64,000 bases of DNA from Takakia lepidozioides (taxonomy: Eukaryota > Plantae > Bryophyta), in contig CM060733.1 of NCBI GenBank assembly GCA_030704615.1, positions 46,748,001 through 46,812,000 of the forward strand, read 5' to 3'. A program made the position numbers and the translations under genes. Of the stretch, positions 1 through 13,299 are shown one piece after another. Position 1 is the stretch's first letter. Every line of letters starts with the position of its first letter. Under the pieces are notes generated by a model that was not told where the DNA came from, did no database searches, and was given only the letters and a program-made list of their open reading frames with translations.

Positions 1-2999
1 TGGCTTTTAGCACACTTCTAACTTACTTTTTTTGGTCTGTGAAGCTGCAATTCTCCCGCCACTGGTCTCTCCTGGGCCTGGTGCGGGTGTTGTGCATATG
101 AAAACAACCATCCCCATGTTTCCAACAAGGTATTACTCCTTATAATCATATATTTGGATGGATTTACGAGGTAGTAGAGGATTCTTGGCTCAATCTATTG
201 ATCAGGTTATGGGTTGTTCGTAGTAGTCTGTGTTTCTTTGCAACAAGCTCACGTTAAGGTGCATGAGTCCTGTGCATTGGAACTATTTATGAGTTGTTTC
301 TGATGTTGCAGGCAAGTTGTTCAACCAACTGTGACGGTACCACCGTCCAACTCTATTCCGCATCCGGCTTCCCAGTTTGGCCTCCGGGGAACCTACAATG
401 AGTTTCTGCCGGTGCCAGCCACAGTGACTTCAAACTATGGGCGTGGCTATACCCCAGCAAACACTTTCCGCTATGATAGCCGCGTGGGTGCAGGGGGGTC
501 AAACCGTCGCTATTAAGCGCCGTCGGGAGGAAAGTGGTGTCAAGCCTACTCTGCCTTCCTGGGCTTTTAGGCGCCTACGTTGTCGAGGGTGAGATGTGTC
601 AGAGGAGTTTCATCTTCCCGATTGATAGAAGCAGAGAGTGTTGAAGGGGGATAGGGAGAGCAAAGTTGTTGGGAAATTGCTAGTGTCTTGCGAGTTCTGG
701 GTGTGGGAGGGTGAGAGGTGCACACATCTAACCTAGCGTCCATTAGGGGAGCTGGTCATATAAGTTGCAGGGTGGCTTTGGTGTAGTGGGGTGCTCCTTG
801 TGTTGGACAATATCAGCTACGAGGCTTTGAGTTGGGTATCTGGTGAAAGATGATGAAGATATGATGAAGATATGCGCAGAAGAAAGTTACAACAGCAGTG
901 AGGTTTTGAGTGGGCTTGTATTTTGTGTTGACGCACCAGTGTGCATGCATATGGTTTTTTGAAGTGTCTAGTTGGTGCAGGGGAAGTATTACCTCTTCTG
1001 TGAACCTTCATGTTGCGGACATAATGATCCCTAGTAATGATATATAAAGAGCTTCGGAAAATCGTTGTGGAATGTTTAACCTTTTTCCAATGCTGGTTGA
1101 ACATTCAGTGTGGCCCTAGTAAAAAGGCTAGACCCCAGCAAGTGAATATGGTTTGGAGGGAGGGAGCAGAGAACAGAAATTGGAATGACATGAGAGAGAA
1201 GCAGTTTATTGTTGTGCCCAGATGACAATCGATCCTGCACGAGACGGTGACTCAGTGCAATCCCTCACACCTGCTAAACATCCCCGAATGTTTTACTTAG
1301 TAACCTTGCATAGCACATAGACTGAATGACAGGGAGTTTGAGTTGAAACTGTGAGTATCCAAGCAGCATTTTTGTTTTACTGTACAGACTTTCCAAGGTG
1401 GCTATGGGAGCGAGGATGTCATAGCCAATCTACCTAACCCTCTCCCCAGGACTGGCTATAAGCAGTAGCATGCAATTATGGTGGGTTGCATAATGCTAGA
1501 AGTTTTCAACTGGTTGATTATGGCTGTGAATTGTATCAGGTGAAGTTAACTATCAAGGCAACTTGCCTAAAGTTAGAATTGTAAACTTGGTTACCTTGCA
1601 ATGCTCACTGTGAAATCTGACTCTTGTTAGTCCCTTAAACTCTTTAAATTTGGGGATGCTCTGTAGCATTGATACATTAGTAGCCCGTCTCGGGATTTCG
1701 ATAAAACGCTGTACACACACATATTATGATCTTCCCTTTGCAAAGACATGCATACATGGTTTTGGCCTGCTTGGATATGCCTCTGAATTTTGTGTGGCCT
1801 CATGGTAATGAAGCCGGTTGGGTAGTCGGGTCGGGTGGCCTTGGATATGGATCAGTTTGTTCACGCCAGCAGACCTTGCTCTTGACATGGCCATAGCAAG
1901 CCCCATCGCCCCAAAGCCACACACCACACTGCAAGAGTCACCACTACCTTTGCCTTTGAGAGCTTGGGTCACAGTGGTCACCACCGTGTCACAAGCTTCA
2001 ATTAACTCCCCACCGCAATTAACTCCCCACCGCAACGTAGGTAAAGTTAGAGACATTAAAAATAACTCTCTATTTAGAGTGGTTTTTGTCTTGAAGTTAA
2101 AGCTACTACTCCATTATGGGACTACTTAACACATATAGTAAAAGTAGGTCTGAAAAGCATCTCTTAGTGATTGCTTTTAGCCTAGCTAGAACTATATAAG
2201 AAGCTCATGTGAAGCCACATATCACTTGTTATCAGTTGTTCATGCTGTGCGCTTCTATGGTTGGGTGGAGAGCTTCTATACAATCCTCATTTGTTGTTAT
2301 ATCTACGTTTTCAACAAGTTTGTCTCTCACTCTGATGTCAATAAATTGATGATCACCAGGGCAAATGTATCTACAATGTGATGACCGGGGCTGAAATTTT
2401 AGTGAAGCGCAAATTGTCTACTGAAGTAGATTGCAAGGTCTTGTTATTTAGTGCCGCCAAATGTATATGGCAACAACATGATCAAGGTTCGAGCTATTGG
2501 TAGACCCGTAGTATGAAATTGACATTATGAGCCATTGCAGCTTCGATGAATGCTTTTATTCAGAGGGTAAAGAAGTTAAGAGCCAAGATGGAACTTAAAA
2601 CAAAGAATGCGAGAGCTTAATGAGAACGGTGGGATTTGATGCTATGCTGCCGTGCCTTTCCAACATTATCTGCTCTAGAAAAAGACACCAGAAAAAAGAA
2701 AAAAAAAGAAAAGAAAAAAAAGGGCACCATCAATCCTTGTAACACCGTCACCCACTCTGTAATTTGAACCCTGAACCTCATCTCCCTTAATCACAAACCA
2801 GCCTGTATAGACATGCATACCCATGTGCCATGCAGCATAGCATGCGTAGCATGGCATGGAGGCTTGGAGCATCAGGAACCCTAGACCCCCCCTACTTAAA
2901 CCCTCCAACTTGCTGCACTGCACACTCTTGCGCTTGTCTCTACTCGTCTCCCACTGCCCCCTCCCTCTGCTCCCTGCCCCTCCTCCAGCGACACAGAGC

Positions 3000-3415
3000 G
3001 GCAAGTAGGAGAGGGAGAGATCGATAGCGAGAGACAGAGAGGTAAGTAGGAGAGGGAGAGATCGTTCGATAGAGATAGGAGAGGTAAGTTGGAGAGGGAG
3101 AGATCGATAGAGAGAGACAGAGAGGTAAGTAGGAGAGGGAGAGATCGTTCGATAGAGATAAGAGAGGTAAGTTGGAGAGGGAGAGATCGATAGAGAGAGA
3201 CAGAGAGGTAAGTAGAAGACGGAGAGGTAAGTAGGAGAGGGAGAGATCGATAGAGAGACAGAGAGGTAAGCAGGATAGGGAGAGATCGATAGAGAGAGAC
3301 AGAGAGGTAAGTAGGATAGGGAGAGATCGATAGAGAGACAGAGAGGTAAGTAGGAGAGGGAGAGATCGATAGAGAGAGACAGAGAGGGAGCTCGGAGAGA
3401 GGCTCCTCACGAGAG
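3000..3415. repeat. GA-rich minisatellite, ~39-41 bp unit (GAGAGGTAAGTAGGAGAGGGAGAGATCGATAGAGAGACA)
   Basis: About 10 tandem units visible; explains the spurious S/L/P-rich ORFs 2896-3435 and 2940-3410. Confidence 0.95.
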
Positions 3416-3470
3416 ATATCCGTGTTATCTGTCAATCAGTGCAACATGTCGGACTGCTTGTATTTGCGAC

Positions 3471-3761
3471 GTGCCGGGCTGGATTGACGCGACAAAGGGA
3501 TGTTTGGTTGGATCGATGATGGTGGGCCTGGATGCTATGGCAGTGACTCGAGTGGCTACAGCTGGAGGCTTGATCTGTTACACCATCCAACAATTTCATG
3601 ACAATGAAATCATTTTATACAATAAAACAGATGATTCAGACAATGACGAAGGAGGTGAGGTCGATGAAGGCGGCGAGTTCCAGGAAGTGAGAGTTTTCCC
3701 ATTCACGCCGAGTTACACCATCACAGGTGGTGGTGAGGTCGACGAAAGAGGTTGCCTATGA
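3471..3761 (+). pseudogene. Internally deleted, inverted remnant of the F-box-like gene (GLDAMAV..ICYT.QQF joined directly to DNEIILYN..EVRVFPFTP)
   Basis: Peptide matches aa ~122-145 and the C-terminus of the 36706-38346 protein, with ~1 kb between them missing. Confidence 0.85.
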
Positions 3762-4238
3762 GTGCAGAGATTCGGCCCTGATTCGGCCTGTTAGGTTGGG
3801 AAATTGTTGGGTAGTGTAACAGATTAATCCTCCATCGGCGATAGCCACTGGAGTCACTGCCATAGCATCTAGGCCCATATTGTCCAAGTTCGGCATGGTA
3901 CCCCACCCTTTGGATACAAGATTGAGACTGCACCCTCGGCGTTGCTTCGCTTTCACAGGGAGAACAAGGCCGAATGCATCCAAACCACATTTTTTGAGCA
4001 TTTCTGTATCCTCTTGTGTCCCTTTGAACGCTTTGCAGGTTGGGAAGGTCTTAGATATGTCTTGGAGCGACCACCCGGTCATACACGCCTGCAGATTCCT
4101 AACGATGTCTGTAGAGAGGTCCAGTTCCTGCTCCGCGGATGTACGGGGCCTAGTTGAGCGTGCCCTGCATAAGATTTCCGATGATTTCGTCGTGAATACA
4201 TAGTTAATTTTCTTCACATGTTGTTCTGCATGCTCCAT
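3756..4238 (-). pseudogene. Truncated F-box-like paralog (N-terminal ~146 aa only)
   Basis: Near identical to the N-terminus of 36706-38346 up to QQFP, then diverges. Confidence 0.85.
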
Positions 4239-5388
4239 GTTCTGGCCTGCTGATCAGTTTATTCTCTCTGCAATGTTGGTACTGTGATCTATATCATATT
4301 CTGAACGTTCATTTATTTGCTTGTATATACAGGGCACACAAGGCGCACCTAAACTTGGAGGAACTGCTGCGCTGCAAGCTCTGGCGAACTCTAAACAGCT
4401 CTCTGTCCTGTCAGCCACGCGGTTTCTATTATATCTAGCACTTTGTGTGCTTTTTGCAGAGCTCTCAGGACTCATTTTCATTACTTCTTCTCTAGTTTTC
4501 CCCTGGCCCCTGTTCTTGCTTGGCTCTGATTTCCACAGAGTCGATCGCTCCAATTGAATTTCAAAGGACTCTGTCCTTAGACTGTCCCATTTGGTTTAAA
4601 TTTTTTTTTTGAATAAAGTGGACCTCTTATATTCATTCTCACAACCTGCATTTTGACTAGTTGATGGCCCAGACCCATTAGCAGCTCGCAACTCCAGTAA
4701 TGCTGCAGCGACGTAATATGCCCTGTACATGCACAAGAAGAGATGAGGCTAGTTGTAATTAGCTTCTACTGTGCAGAGCAGGTCCACGTCTGAACACATC
4801 AAGGACGTTTTAGAGAAAGAAAAAATGTCCAACACATTTGTGACTGAAGACTTTCATACACCAACGGTCTACACTCTTAAGACACTCGAGATAGACACTG
4901 GCAATTCCTTAATAGAGCAAGTGAATATGCAAAATGCATGATCATAGCAAAACAAACAAATCTGCATATAATGAATCCAATACCATTTAAAATATAGAAG
5001 TTCAAGAGAGTAAAAGCAGAAATCAGAATGCAGAGGAACAGCAATCAGCTGGGGAGAACACAACTAGCAAGTGTCAAGAGTCCTGATCTAGTTGCAGGGA
5101 AGAAGCGGCCGGATAATATGATCAGTCAAGTGCTTGCAAGCAAATACTATACATCTGGTAAAAGCAATAGGAAAGAATAGAATGAATACATACATGTAGA
5201 AATCTCCACCGACTGATGAGTACGAAGACGGACTAGTGTATAAGCCAAGTGATAGACCGATGGGCCAGCCGATCAAGCGTTAGGAGAGCCCTCACAGTTG
5301 ATGCCTAATTCGCACAGAGATGAACAAAGACCAGGGGAGTCGGTGTGACCTCCAAACTCACAGTTGATGCCTAATTTGCACAGTGATA

Positions 5389-5700
5389 TGTTGAGTAATA
5401 GAGTTACAAATCTGATTCAGATCAGTTTTAGTTTAGTGCGGCTACCTTAGTTAGTGACAACCGTAGTTAGAGTATTCTAGTGTATGTAGCTCTGGAAGGT
5501 GTTTTCAAATTACGGCGCGCTTAAGATGCCATCATCACCACGACACCACGACAGACACATGACAGATACATATCACGATAGCAGTCTGTACTCTCTAGTT
5601 GTCTTTGAGTCTGTATTTTCAGTGGCTGTGAATTGAGACTTAGTGAGAGAGCTTGTGTGTCCATGGAGGTTCTGTTTATGCTGCTCCAATTTGATTAAAA
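5389..5700 (+). mobile_element. 5' LTR of a Ty1/Copia element
   Basis: Starts TGTTG exactly where similarity to the F-box unit stops; followed by a PBS and gag. The 3' LTR is not in the window. Confidence 0.7.
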
Positions 5701-5715
5701 GGTTATGAGCCCACC
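5701..5715 (+). promoter_or_regulatory. Primer-binding site complementary to the anticodon-arm (half-molecule) region of tRNA-iMet
   Basis: GGTTATGAGCCCACC is 14/15 complementary to the plant tRNAiMet segment GGUGGGCCCAUAACC as recalled; Drosophila copia-type PBS. Confidence 0.8.
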
Positions 5716-5803
5716 TTGTCAAGAAGCTGCGTGTATTTTAATAGCCAAACGTCTGAGAGCAAAAGCATAGAAGAAAGAAAGGTGAAAGAGAGATTCATGA
5801 GCA

Positions 5804-6594
5804 ATGGCGGGAGGCACAGATAAAGAGAGTTTCGGGATACGCAAGTTCAGTGGCGATGGTTTTCCACTTTGGAGATTCATGATGGAGTACATGTACAAGA
5901 GCAGAGGACTGTGGGAGATTGTTAGAGGTAAGGAGAAGACACCTACCTTGAATTCTCAGGAGTGGGACAGCAAGAACACGCAAGCAATCGTGATTCTCAT
6001 ACAAGCCATTGACGAGAAGCATTTGCAGCATGTGATGCATTGTGAGAATGCGGCAGACATGTGGAGTCTTTTGATTCAGGTGAATGAACAGACATCAGAA
6101 GAGAATATCCACCATTTACAAGCCAAATGGTACAAGATCCGTATGTAGCCAGGGGAAAGTGTGGCTACTTATTGGAGTAATATCAAGTCTACTCTAGCAA
6201 ACAGTTGAAAGATGTTGGACGTGAAATGGACGAGATGTAAATTCTGACAAAAATTATTTGCGGGCTTCCACCGAGCTTTGACAATCTGTTGTTCGCCTGG
6301 GACAGTGTTCCTAAAGGAGAGCAAACTTTGAAGAAGTTACAAGAACATTTACTGAAGAAAGAATCGCTAGATAAGGAACGCCAAGTTGACCAGGATGGTG
6401 CGGATAAGGCTTTTTTCACCAACAGTGAAAGATACCGTAACATTGGAAAGAGTGGAAGTAGTGGGGGGAGCAACACCACTGCAAAGAGTGGGAGTCAGCA
6501 GAAGCGCGAATACACTCCCGAAGAGAGGAAGACTAGGAATAGAAGAATTGCTGAATTGAAGAAGAACAGCCAGTGCAATGAATGCCATGGATGG
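5804..6594 (+). mobile_element. Copia gag (degenerate), interrupted inside the zinc knuckle by a Gypsy insertion
   Basis: KFSGDGFPLWRF...GLWEIV Copia gag N-terminus; in-frame stops; ends CNECHGW and resumes GHWSKKC after 17681. Confidence 0.9.
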
Positions 6595-7319
6595 TGAAAA
6601 GGATCTTACTCTCTTTCCTCGGTCCAACTACAGAACAAATTCAGGCCCTTTTCTTATCTTGCCGTTCATAGGGAATCTATCATGATCCCAAGAAATCTGC
6701 TTGCTTGAATCAACGTCAATATGGACTCATGTGACCATCTTCTTTTATTCCAGTCACCGTTCATTGACTCAGACCGTACCAGAGACCACACCAGTCCTAT
6801 GATCGTTCACCCCTGTTCTTCACGGAAGTGTATTCACAAGCCTTAAGCAGATCTTTCTTGTCCCAAACAGAAACTAGAATCAAATCTGCATTGTCACTCT
6901 TCTTATCAACACCTGATGAAGCCTAAGTCATAGGATTTACACTTTTTCTCTATACAAAGGAGAAATCACAGTCCCTGCCGCTGCAATGCACCAAAGGCCA
7001 GTGACAACTATTCCAACATCAACCTACGCTCTAAAAGCACAGCACCGGCTACAGCATCCGGTCCACCCAGCTACCACGCCGTGCTACACACAGATTTCCT
7101 GTCGATGCAGATCTGCTCTAGACGCCTGTACGCCATCATCCTTTCTTCAACCCTCTTGCCATCTCCAAGCACGCCTCAAAAATCCCTAGTCTTGGATCTC
7201 AGCTTCATGCACGCGAGCCTGCTCCATTTTACCTGCAACTGTCAACTCGGCGATATTCTAGCTGTCTCTTGTTATTCCAAACTGGTTGACAGGTCGATCT
7301 TCGTTCCTGGCACCTAACA
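6595..7319 (-). mobile_element. Complete 3' LTR (725 bp) of a chromovirus Gypsy
   Basis: TG...CA termini; preceded by TSD GATGG (6590-6594); PPT at ~7320-7333 on the minus strand; homologous to 17309-17680 and (inverted) 18704-19037. Confidence 0.92.
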
Positions 7320-9270
7320 AATTCCCCCTCCCAAAGACAGGTCATTGTCCTCAATGATAGAAAATGAGGGGTAACTCAAAGTCAATTCATTTTCCTTCTC
7401 CCAAGTAGCTTCTGTCTCTGGGTAATGCAACCACTTAATCAAATGTTCTTTCCAAGAACGGTTGCGCAGGTGCTTCACTCGCGTTTCTAGAATCTTTTCG
7501 GGTTCAGCCATCAGCTGACTATCATTCATGGCTTGAGGCAACGTCGGCAAGATGTGTGATGGGTCTGACATATACCTTCGGAGAAGGCTGACATGGAAAG
7601 TTTTATGGATCTTCCATGTTGGAGGCAGATCCAACTCATAGGCCACTGTGCCATGGCGTTCTAGGATTTTAAACCTTGGTGACAACTTATAACACTTGCC
7701 CAGTGTTAGATTGCTTCTTTTAGGTGTAACTTTCAAAAACACCATATCACCAATGGCAAATTCACGAAAAGTTTTGTGCTTATCAGCAAAGAACTTGGCC
7801 CGTTTTTGTGCAGCCTGCATACTACGCTTTACCAAATCTAGGACAGAGTGGATCTCTTTGATTCTGTCGTTCACACTCTGCACATTTGATGGTGGTGTAA
7901 TAAGCGAAGCAAGAGCCAAGCAATCTCGTCCATATAAAGCTTCAAATGGGCTCATGCCAATGGCACTGTGGAAATGCTTGTTATAAGCAAATTCCACCAT
8001 ATACAGATATTGTTCCCAAGAGGACTGACTTTCACCAACGTACATCCTCAACATCTCTTCTATTGTACGGTTGGTCCTTTCTGTTTGAGCATTTGTTTCT
8101 GGGTGAAAGGCCGTACTCAGTTTCACCTTGGTTCCCAATTTCTTGAACAAGTCAATCCAAAAATGACTTGTAAACTTTGAGTCCCTGTCACAAATAATCT
8201 CCCAAGGCAGACCATGGATCCTGAATATCTTTTCATGTACAAGGATGCAACATCAGATGCCGTAGCACTCATCCTTGTAGGTATCAAGTGGGCTATCTTA
8301 GACAACCTATCTACAACCACCATGATACTGTCATGGCCATTTCTGGTCCTGGGCAATGCCACAATGAAATCCATGCTAATGGATTCCCAATTCCATCCAA
8401 GAACAGATAAAGGTTGTAATAATCCAGGAGGTCTGACTCTCTCTGACTTCGAAACCTGACATGGGAAACAATTCTGCACATACTCTTTAATTTCTCTCTT
8501 CATACCTAGCCAAAAATAGTGTTTCCGTATTGACCAATAGGTTCTCTGAAAGCCCGGGTGTCCAAAGATTGGAATATTGTGACTGTCATGAATAATCCGC
8601 AATCTCAAGTCTGGAATCACGGGAACACACAACCGACCATCATAAAATAACACCCCATCTCTCAAGAGGTATGGCCGGTATTTCTCTTTCTCAATAGAAG
8701 TTCTTTGGTCATGAGACAAACTCTTGAATGGCTCTTTGAAGAATTCATCGACCTCATACTGACCTTTAATGTCTTGAAATATAGTGCTACTGATGCATGA
8801 GACAACATTAGCTTGTAATGGTCTCCTAGAAAGTGCATCAGCAATCACATTCTCTCTCCCCTTGACATACTTTAGGTCATAATGGAATTGCTGAAGCAGT
8901 TCTGACCACCTAATCTGCCTCTGACTCAAATGAGGTTGTGTGGTCAAGTATTTCAAACTATGATGGTCAGTCTCTATCACAAAATCAACTGGAAGCAGGT
9001 AATGCCTCCATATCTTCAGAGCATGAACTATTGTCAACAGTTCTTTTTCATGAGTTGGGTAATTCTTTTCCGCTGGACTGATCTTTCAAGATTCGTAGGC
9101 AATCACTTGCCCATCTTGCATCAGCACAGCCCCAATAGCAAGATCACTTGCATCGGTACACAGTACGATTGCTCCATTCGTAGGGTCGAGCAATCTCAGT
9201 ACATGAGCATGTGTCAAGGCAAACTTCAATTTCTCAAAACTGTTATCACATTCTCTTGTCCAGACGTGTG
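7314..9270 (-). mobile_element. Gypsy pol: RNase H, integrase and chromodomain (frameshifted)
   Basis: TDASDLAIGAVL, ADALSR, HHCC (GHPG...CFPCQ), SMDFIVALP, GPF-like region, chromodomain EPEKIL...HLIKW..YPETEATWE. Confidence 0.95.
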
Positions 9271-9325
9271 TTGTGAATTTTAGATGTATTGCTAGACGTG
9301 GAGTCACGCCTCAGGTGCGCCAATG

Positions 9326-12300
9326 CTGCTCTTGTTTGGCTCTGATTTCCGCAGAGTCGATCGCCCCAATTGAATTTCAAAGGACTCTGTTCTTCTGTCC
9401 CATTTGGTTTTAAGAAAAAAATGAAGGCAGTGGTACTGACCTCTTATATTCATTCTCACGACCTGCATTTTGACTAGTTGATGGGCCAGACCCATTACCA
9501 GCTCGCAACTCCAGTAATGCTGCAGCAACGTAATGTTCCCTATACATGCACAAGAAGAGATGAGGCTAGTTGTAATACTTGGCTCGAGAGCTTCTACAAT
9601 GAAGAGTAGGACGTCTGAACACATCAAGGACGTTTTAGGGATAGAAAAATGTCCAACACATTTGTGACTGTGAAGACTTTCATGTACACTAAAAGGTCTA
9701 CACTCTTAAGACACTCCAGATAGACACTGGCAGTTCCTTAATAGAGCAAGTGAACATATGCGAAATGTTCATGATAATAGCAAAACAAACAAATCTGCAT
9801 GTATACAATGAATCTAATGCATACCAAATGTAGAGCAAGTTCATGAGTAAAAGCAGAAATCAGAATGCAGACGAACAACAATCAGCTGGGGAGATAACAA
9901 CTCGTAAGTGCCAAGAGTCCTGATCTAGTTGGAGGGAAGAAGCGGCCGGATAATATGATCAGTCAAGTGCTTGCAAATACTATACATCTGGTAAAAGCAT
10001 TAGGAAAGAATAGAATGAATACATACATGTTGAAATCTCCACAGAAACTGATGAGTACGAAGACGAACTGGTGTATAAAGTCAAGTGATAAACCGATGGG
10101 CCACCCACAACCAGAATGTTGGGAAAGCTGAAGTTGATCAAGCTAAAGTGGATGTTAGGAAGAATAACCACGAAGACTTGGGAAGATGCGAGCGATTGAA
10201 GAAGCCTAAGCCCTCACAGTTGATGCCTAATTCGCACAGAGATGAACTTTACTAGCGGAGTCGGTGTGACGTCCAAAATCACAGTTGATGCCTAATTTGC
10301 ACAGTGATAGCACGAGGGCTGATACTTAACTCGCGCAGGGACCAGCGGTGCGAAGCGATCTGCAAAATTCACCTGGTTTGATGCCTAGTTGGCACAGAGA
10401 TCAGTGTGACAGTTGAAGCTTAATCACACAGAGCTGGGAGATAGCTGCACAGAGCTCGTGACAGTTGAAGCTTAATTCGCACACAGCTGCACAGAGCTGA
10501 TCAGCCGAGTCCGTGTGAAGCGATCGTTTGTTTCGCACACAACTGGGATTGCATAGAAGAGATCAGCGAGAAGCTTCCGCCCACGAAATGGATGCAATGC
10601 GCGACAAAGACTAGCGATTGCGTTTCACAAGCCTAATCTTAAGCACGCAAATCGAAGCTCGTGACAGTTGAAGCTTAATTCGCACACAGCTGCACAGAGC
10701 TGATCAGCCGAGTGGTGTGAAGCGATCGGTTGTTTCGCACACAACTGGGATTGGATAGAAGAGATCAGCGATATTGCGAGAAGCTTCCGCCCGCGAAATG
10801 GATGCAATGCGCGACAAAGATCAGCGATCGCGTTTCGCAAGCAATTCTTGAGCACACGATCGCGTACGCAGGAAAGGCAAAGCAGCTCGCAAGGTGAGCG
10901 ATGGCGCAACGGACGTGCTTATCACAACAAGCGCAGATCGCAGAGTCCCTCGCTTCAGACTGCTGCTCGCTCATCCCTCCACACTCATCCCTCCACACTC
11001 ATCGCTCTCTTTATACCCTCTGCCCCAGAGCGCGAAGACTTACTCGCACACACATCCATTTACCACCCGGGTAAATATTTTGCACATGTATTGTTTTTGG
11101 TCCGGGATTTGAGCCCACAATCACCTCTGCTGCGCCCCCACCGCCTTAACAGCTATTTAACTAATTAGTTACTGTTGTAATAGAGCTGGGTGTGGGGTGA
11201 GCCCGATAATTGGGGCCACTTGAGTTACCGCGACGGAATTACACAGCTGCCATCAAATTACCTTCCTTAACTTCCACGCCGCTTCCAATGTCAACTCTAA
11301 TTTTAGTGCGCACTTTTCAGAGTGTAAAATATCTGTGTAACTTCCACACGTGTGGGCCCAACAGAGCGACATGGATACTTGCGGCAGGCAACGTGCCTTT
11401 TGTCGTCTTCTCACTTGTGCACTCACTCCGCCCTTTTTGTCGGGCACGCCTGCAAAGGCTGCAGTGGGGGTAGAAGGATGGCACGTGCTCTTCCATGGCA
11501 GTCCAGGGGTAGCCAGAATTCGAACCCAGAACCACCCAGCCACCCACCCACTTTTAGTGCAATGGCCAAGTAGTCAACTGTGGGCACCATTCTGACTTTG
11601 TTTGGTGTGGTCGGGCAACTGCATGTGGATGAGAGATGATTGGAATATTCACCTTCATCCAACTAGAGATCATCCGTTGGGAGAGTTGTGCAGTGGATGC
11701 CGAAAGGTTGAGGATAAGGTGGATGGTGGATGGATGAAGATGATTGTGGGGACATGCATCCGCGTGGATAGGCATGAGCGGGATGGAGGGTGTGCGGGGA
11801 TTGCGATGGCTAATAAAGCAAGAGAGCAGAGGGGGCAGGGGCAGGCCAACGAAAAAAGTAAAAGTGATGGCTCTGTAACCCCACTGGGATGGTGCCGCCT
11901 CCACACATACATTATACTCACGTCTTTGTCGCTTGGTCGGTGGTTGTCAGAGAAGGTGTCAAAGGGATAGGGTGGAAGGATGGATGAATGCTCACCATCC
12001 TTCCACAGTCTATCATCCATCACTTTTCTGACCATGTTGTTGACCGCAAAGTATCTAACTGTAGAAATGTGCCATGGAGATTCGTTATGACAATCCCACG
12101 TAGCATTCAAATTACATTAGCGATGGCAACCAGCATTTTTTTTCTCATTTTTCAAAAGTAGTGCGACTGGCCACCTGTGTATTCTAGCAGCACCACAGGT
12201 AGCAAAAAATGAGTTGGCACCTCTAAAAGGTCACTACATGAGAGGTGGCACATTTTAACAGGCCCACGGTGGCAGGATTCATTTTCGCTTAGGAAATAAG

Positions 12301-12900
12301 TAGGAACGAGGTACGAGGAAAAAAAAAAAGCTTTTGGTGAAAATTCTCTAGCAAAAGCAAACGCTGATCACAACTCGGGGAATATGCCCTTATGCTGGCA
12401 AATTTTTGGGGAATATGCCCTTATGCAACAGCAATAATCCCCCCCTGACTGCCCATTTAGGTTTTTCTCATCTTGAGCACCCTAACTCTTCATCCACTAG
12501 CTGCATTGTGCCTTTCATCAGCATCTTTAGTCCTTAGGAATCTTCATAGCCCCAAGCTTCAGGGTGGGGCCGCTGCCCACGGGCTGAGCGGGGCCCTTGG
12601 ATAAGCCATGTGAAATAATGGGTGACCATCTAAGAGGGTTTCCTAGAGGGATTCCATACAAAATGTAAGTTAAGAGGCTTGATTGACCTCATAAGGACCA
12701 TTCAGTTTTTTTATACAACATGCCAAAGAATATCCCAAACTCAAAAAGGTGGCAAAGTGTAAAAAATGCAATCCCTCCACATGAATAGAGAGGAGGTATG
12801 CCGGAAATAGGAGAAGGTGACCAACATCATGAGCTTGTCGTTCATGTAGAACTTGGTTTCAATTGACTTACCAATTTTAAATGAACAGATTTGTGCTCAC
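9326..12900 (-). repeat. Additional copy of the F-box 5' flank only (no coding part)
   Basis: 9326-12110 is nearly identical to revcomp ~33800-36470; patchy similarity continues to ~32860. Confidence 0.85.
10210..10850. repeat. Hierarchical tandem repeat: ~25-bp motif CAGTTGA(T/A)GC(C/T)TAATT(C/T)GCACA nested in a ~200-bp duplication
   Basis: Motif recurs ~7 times; equivalents at 5290-5388, 29155-29790 and 34990-35590. Confidence 0.8.
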
Positions 12901-13299
12901 AAAGAGATCATGAGACCTGTATGAGACTCCACATCTGACTTTAGGATGTTGTCAAACACAAAAGTCTTTGAAGCCATGCTATGAGACCTTGCCCTTCTAG
13001 AACATTTGTTAGGCAAACTTTTTTGTATATGTACAAATTGTAGCTCCTCTCTTAGTGCGGAGTATGTCAAACCGGTCATTGCTCACAACTAACATTATTT
13101 TAATTAATTTTGGACTTTTGGCTTAAATCCGGACTAACTTAATATATATTTGCATGAAAATTAATTGAAATATTAATAATATCATGGTGTAATGTGTGAT
13201 TGAACTTTGTGAAATTACAGGTGATGTCATACTTGTTTCAAAATGTGTCATATAAGAGGTCCATTTGACATTGAAATGCTCAATGTGAAGTAGCAGTAT

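Larger units (their letters stand above)
2571..5388 (-). repeat. Copy 1 of the duplicated F-box unit (3' flank, GA minisatellite, truncated gene, 5' flank), cut off by a Copia insertion at 5389
   Basis: Colinear similarity to 25503-29255 (direct) and ~35560-39815 (inverted), read by eye. Confidence 0.85.

Noticed and set aside
1-2560. Short ORFs at the window start
   Set aside because: No recognisable homology; probably decayed repeat or intergenic DNA
10210-10850. Recurring ~25-bp motif with variable spacing, superficially CRISPR-like
   Set aside because: Repeats are degenerate, spacers are irregular and related to each other, there are no cas genes, and the context is eukaryotic
12229-12245. 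GGT-CACTACATG as the missing end of the CACTA terminating at 49055
   Set aside because: Does not match the TIR beyond CACTACA, has no subterminal repeats, and the paralogous copy lacks the motif
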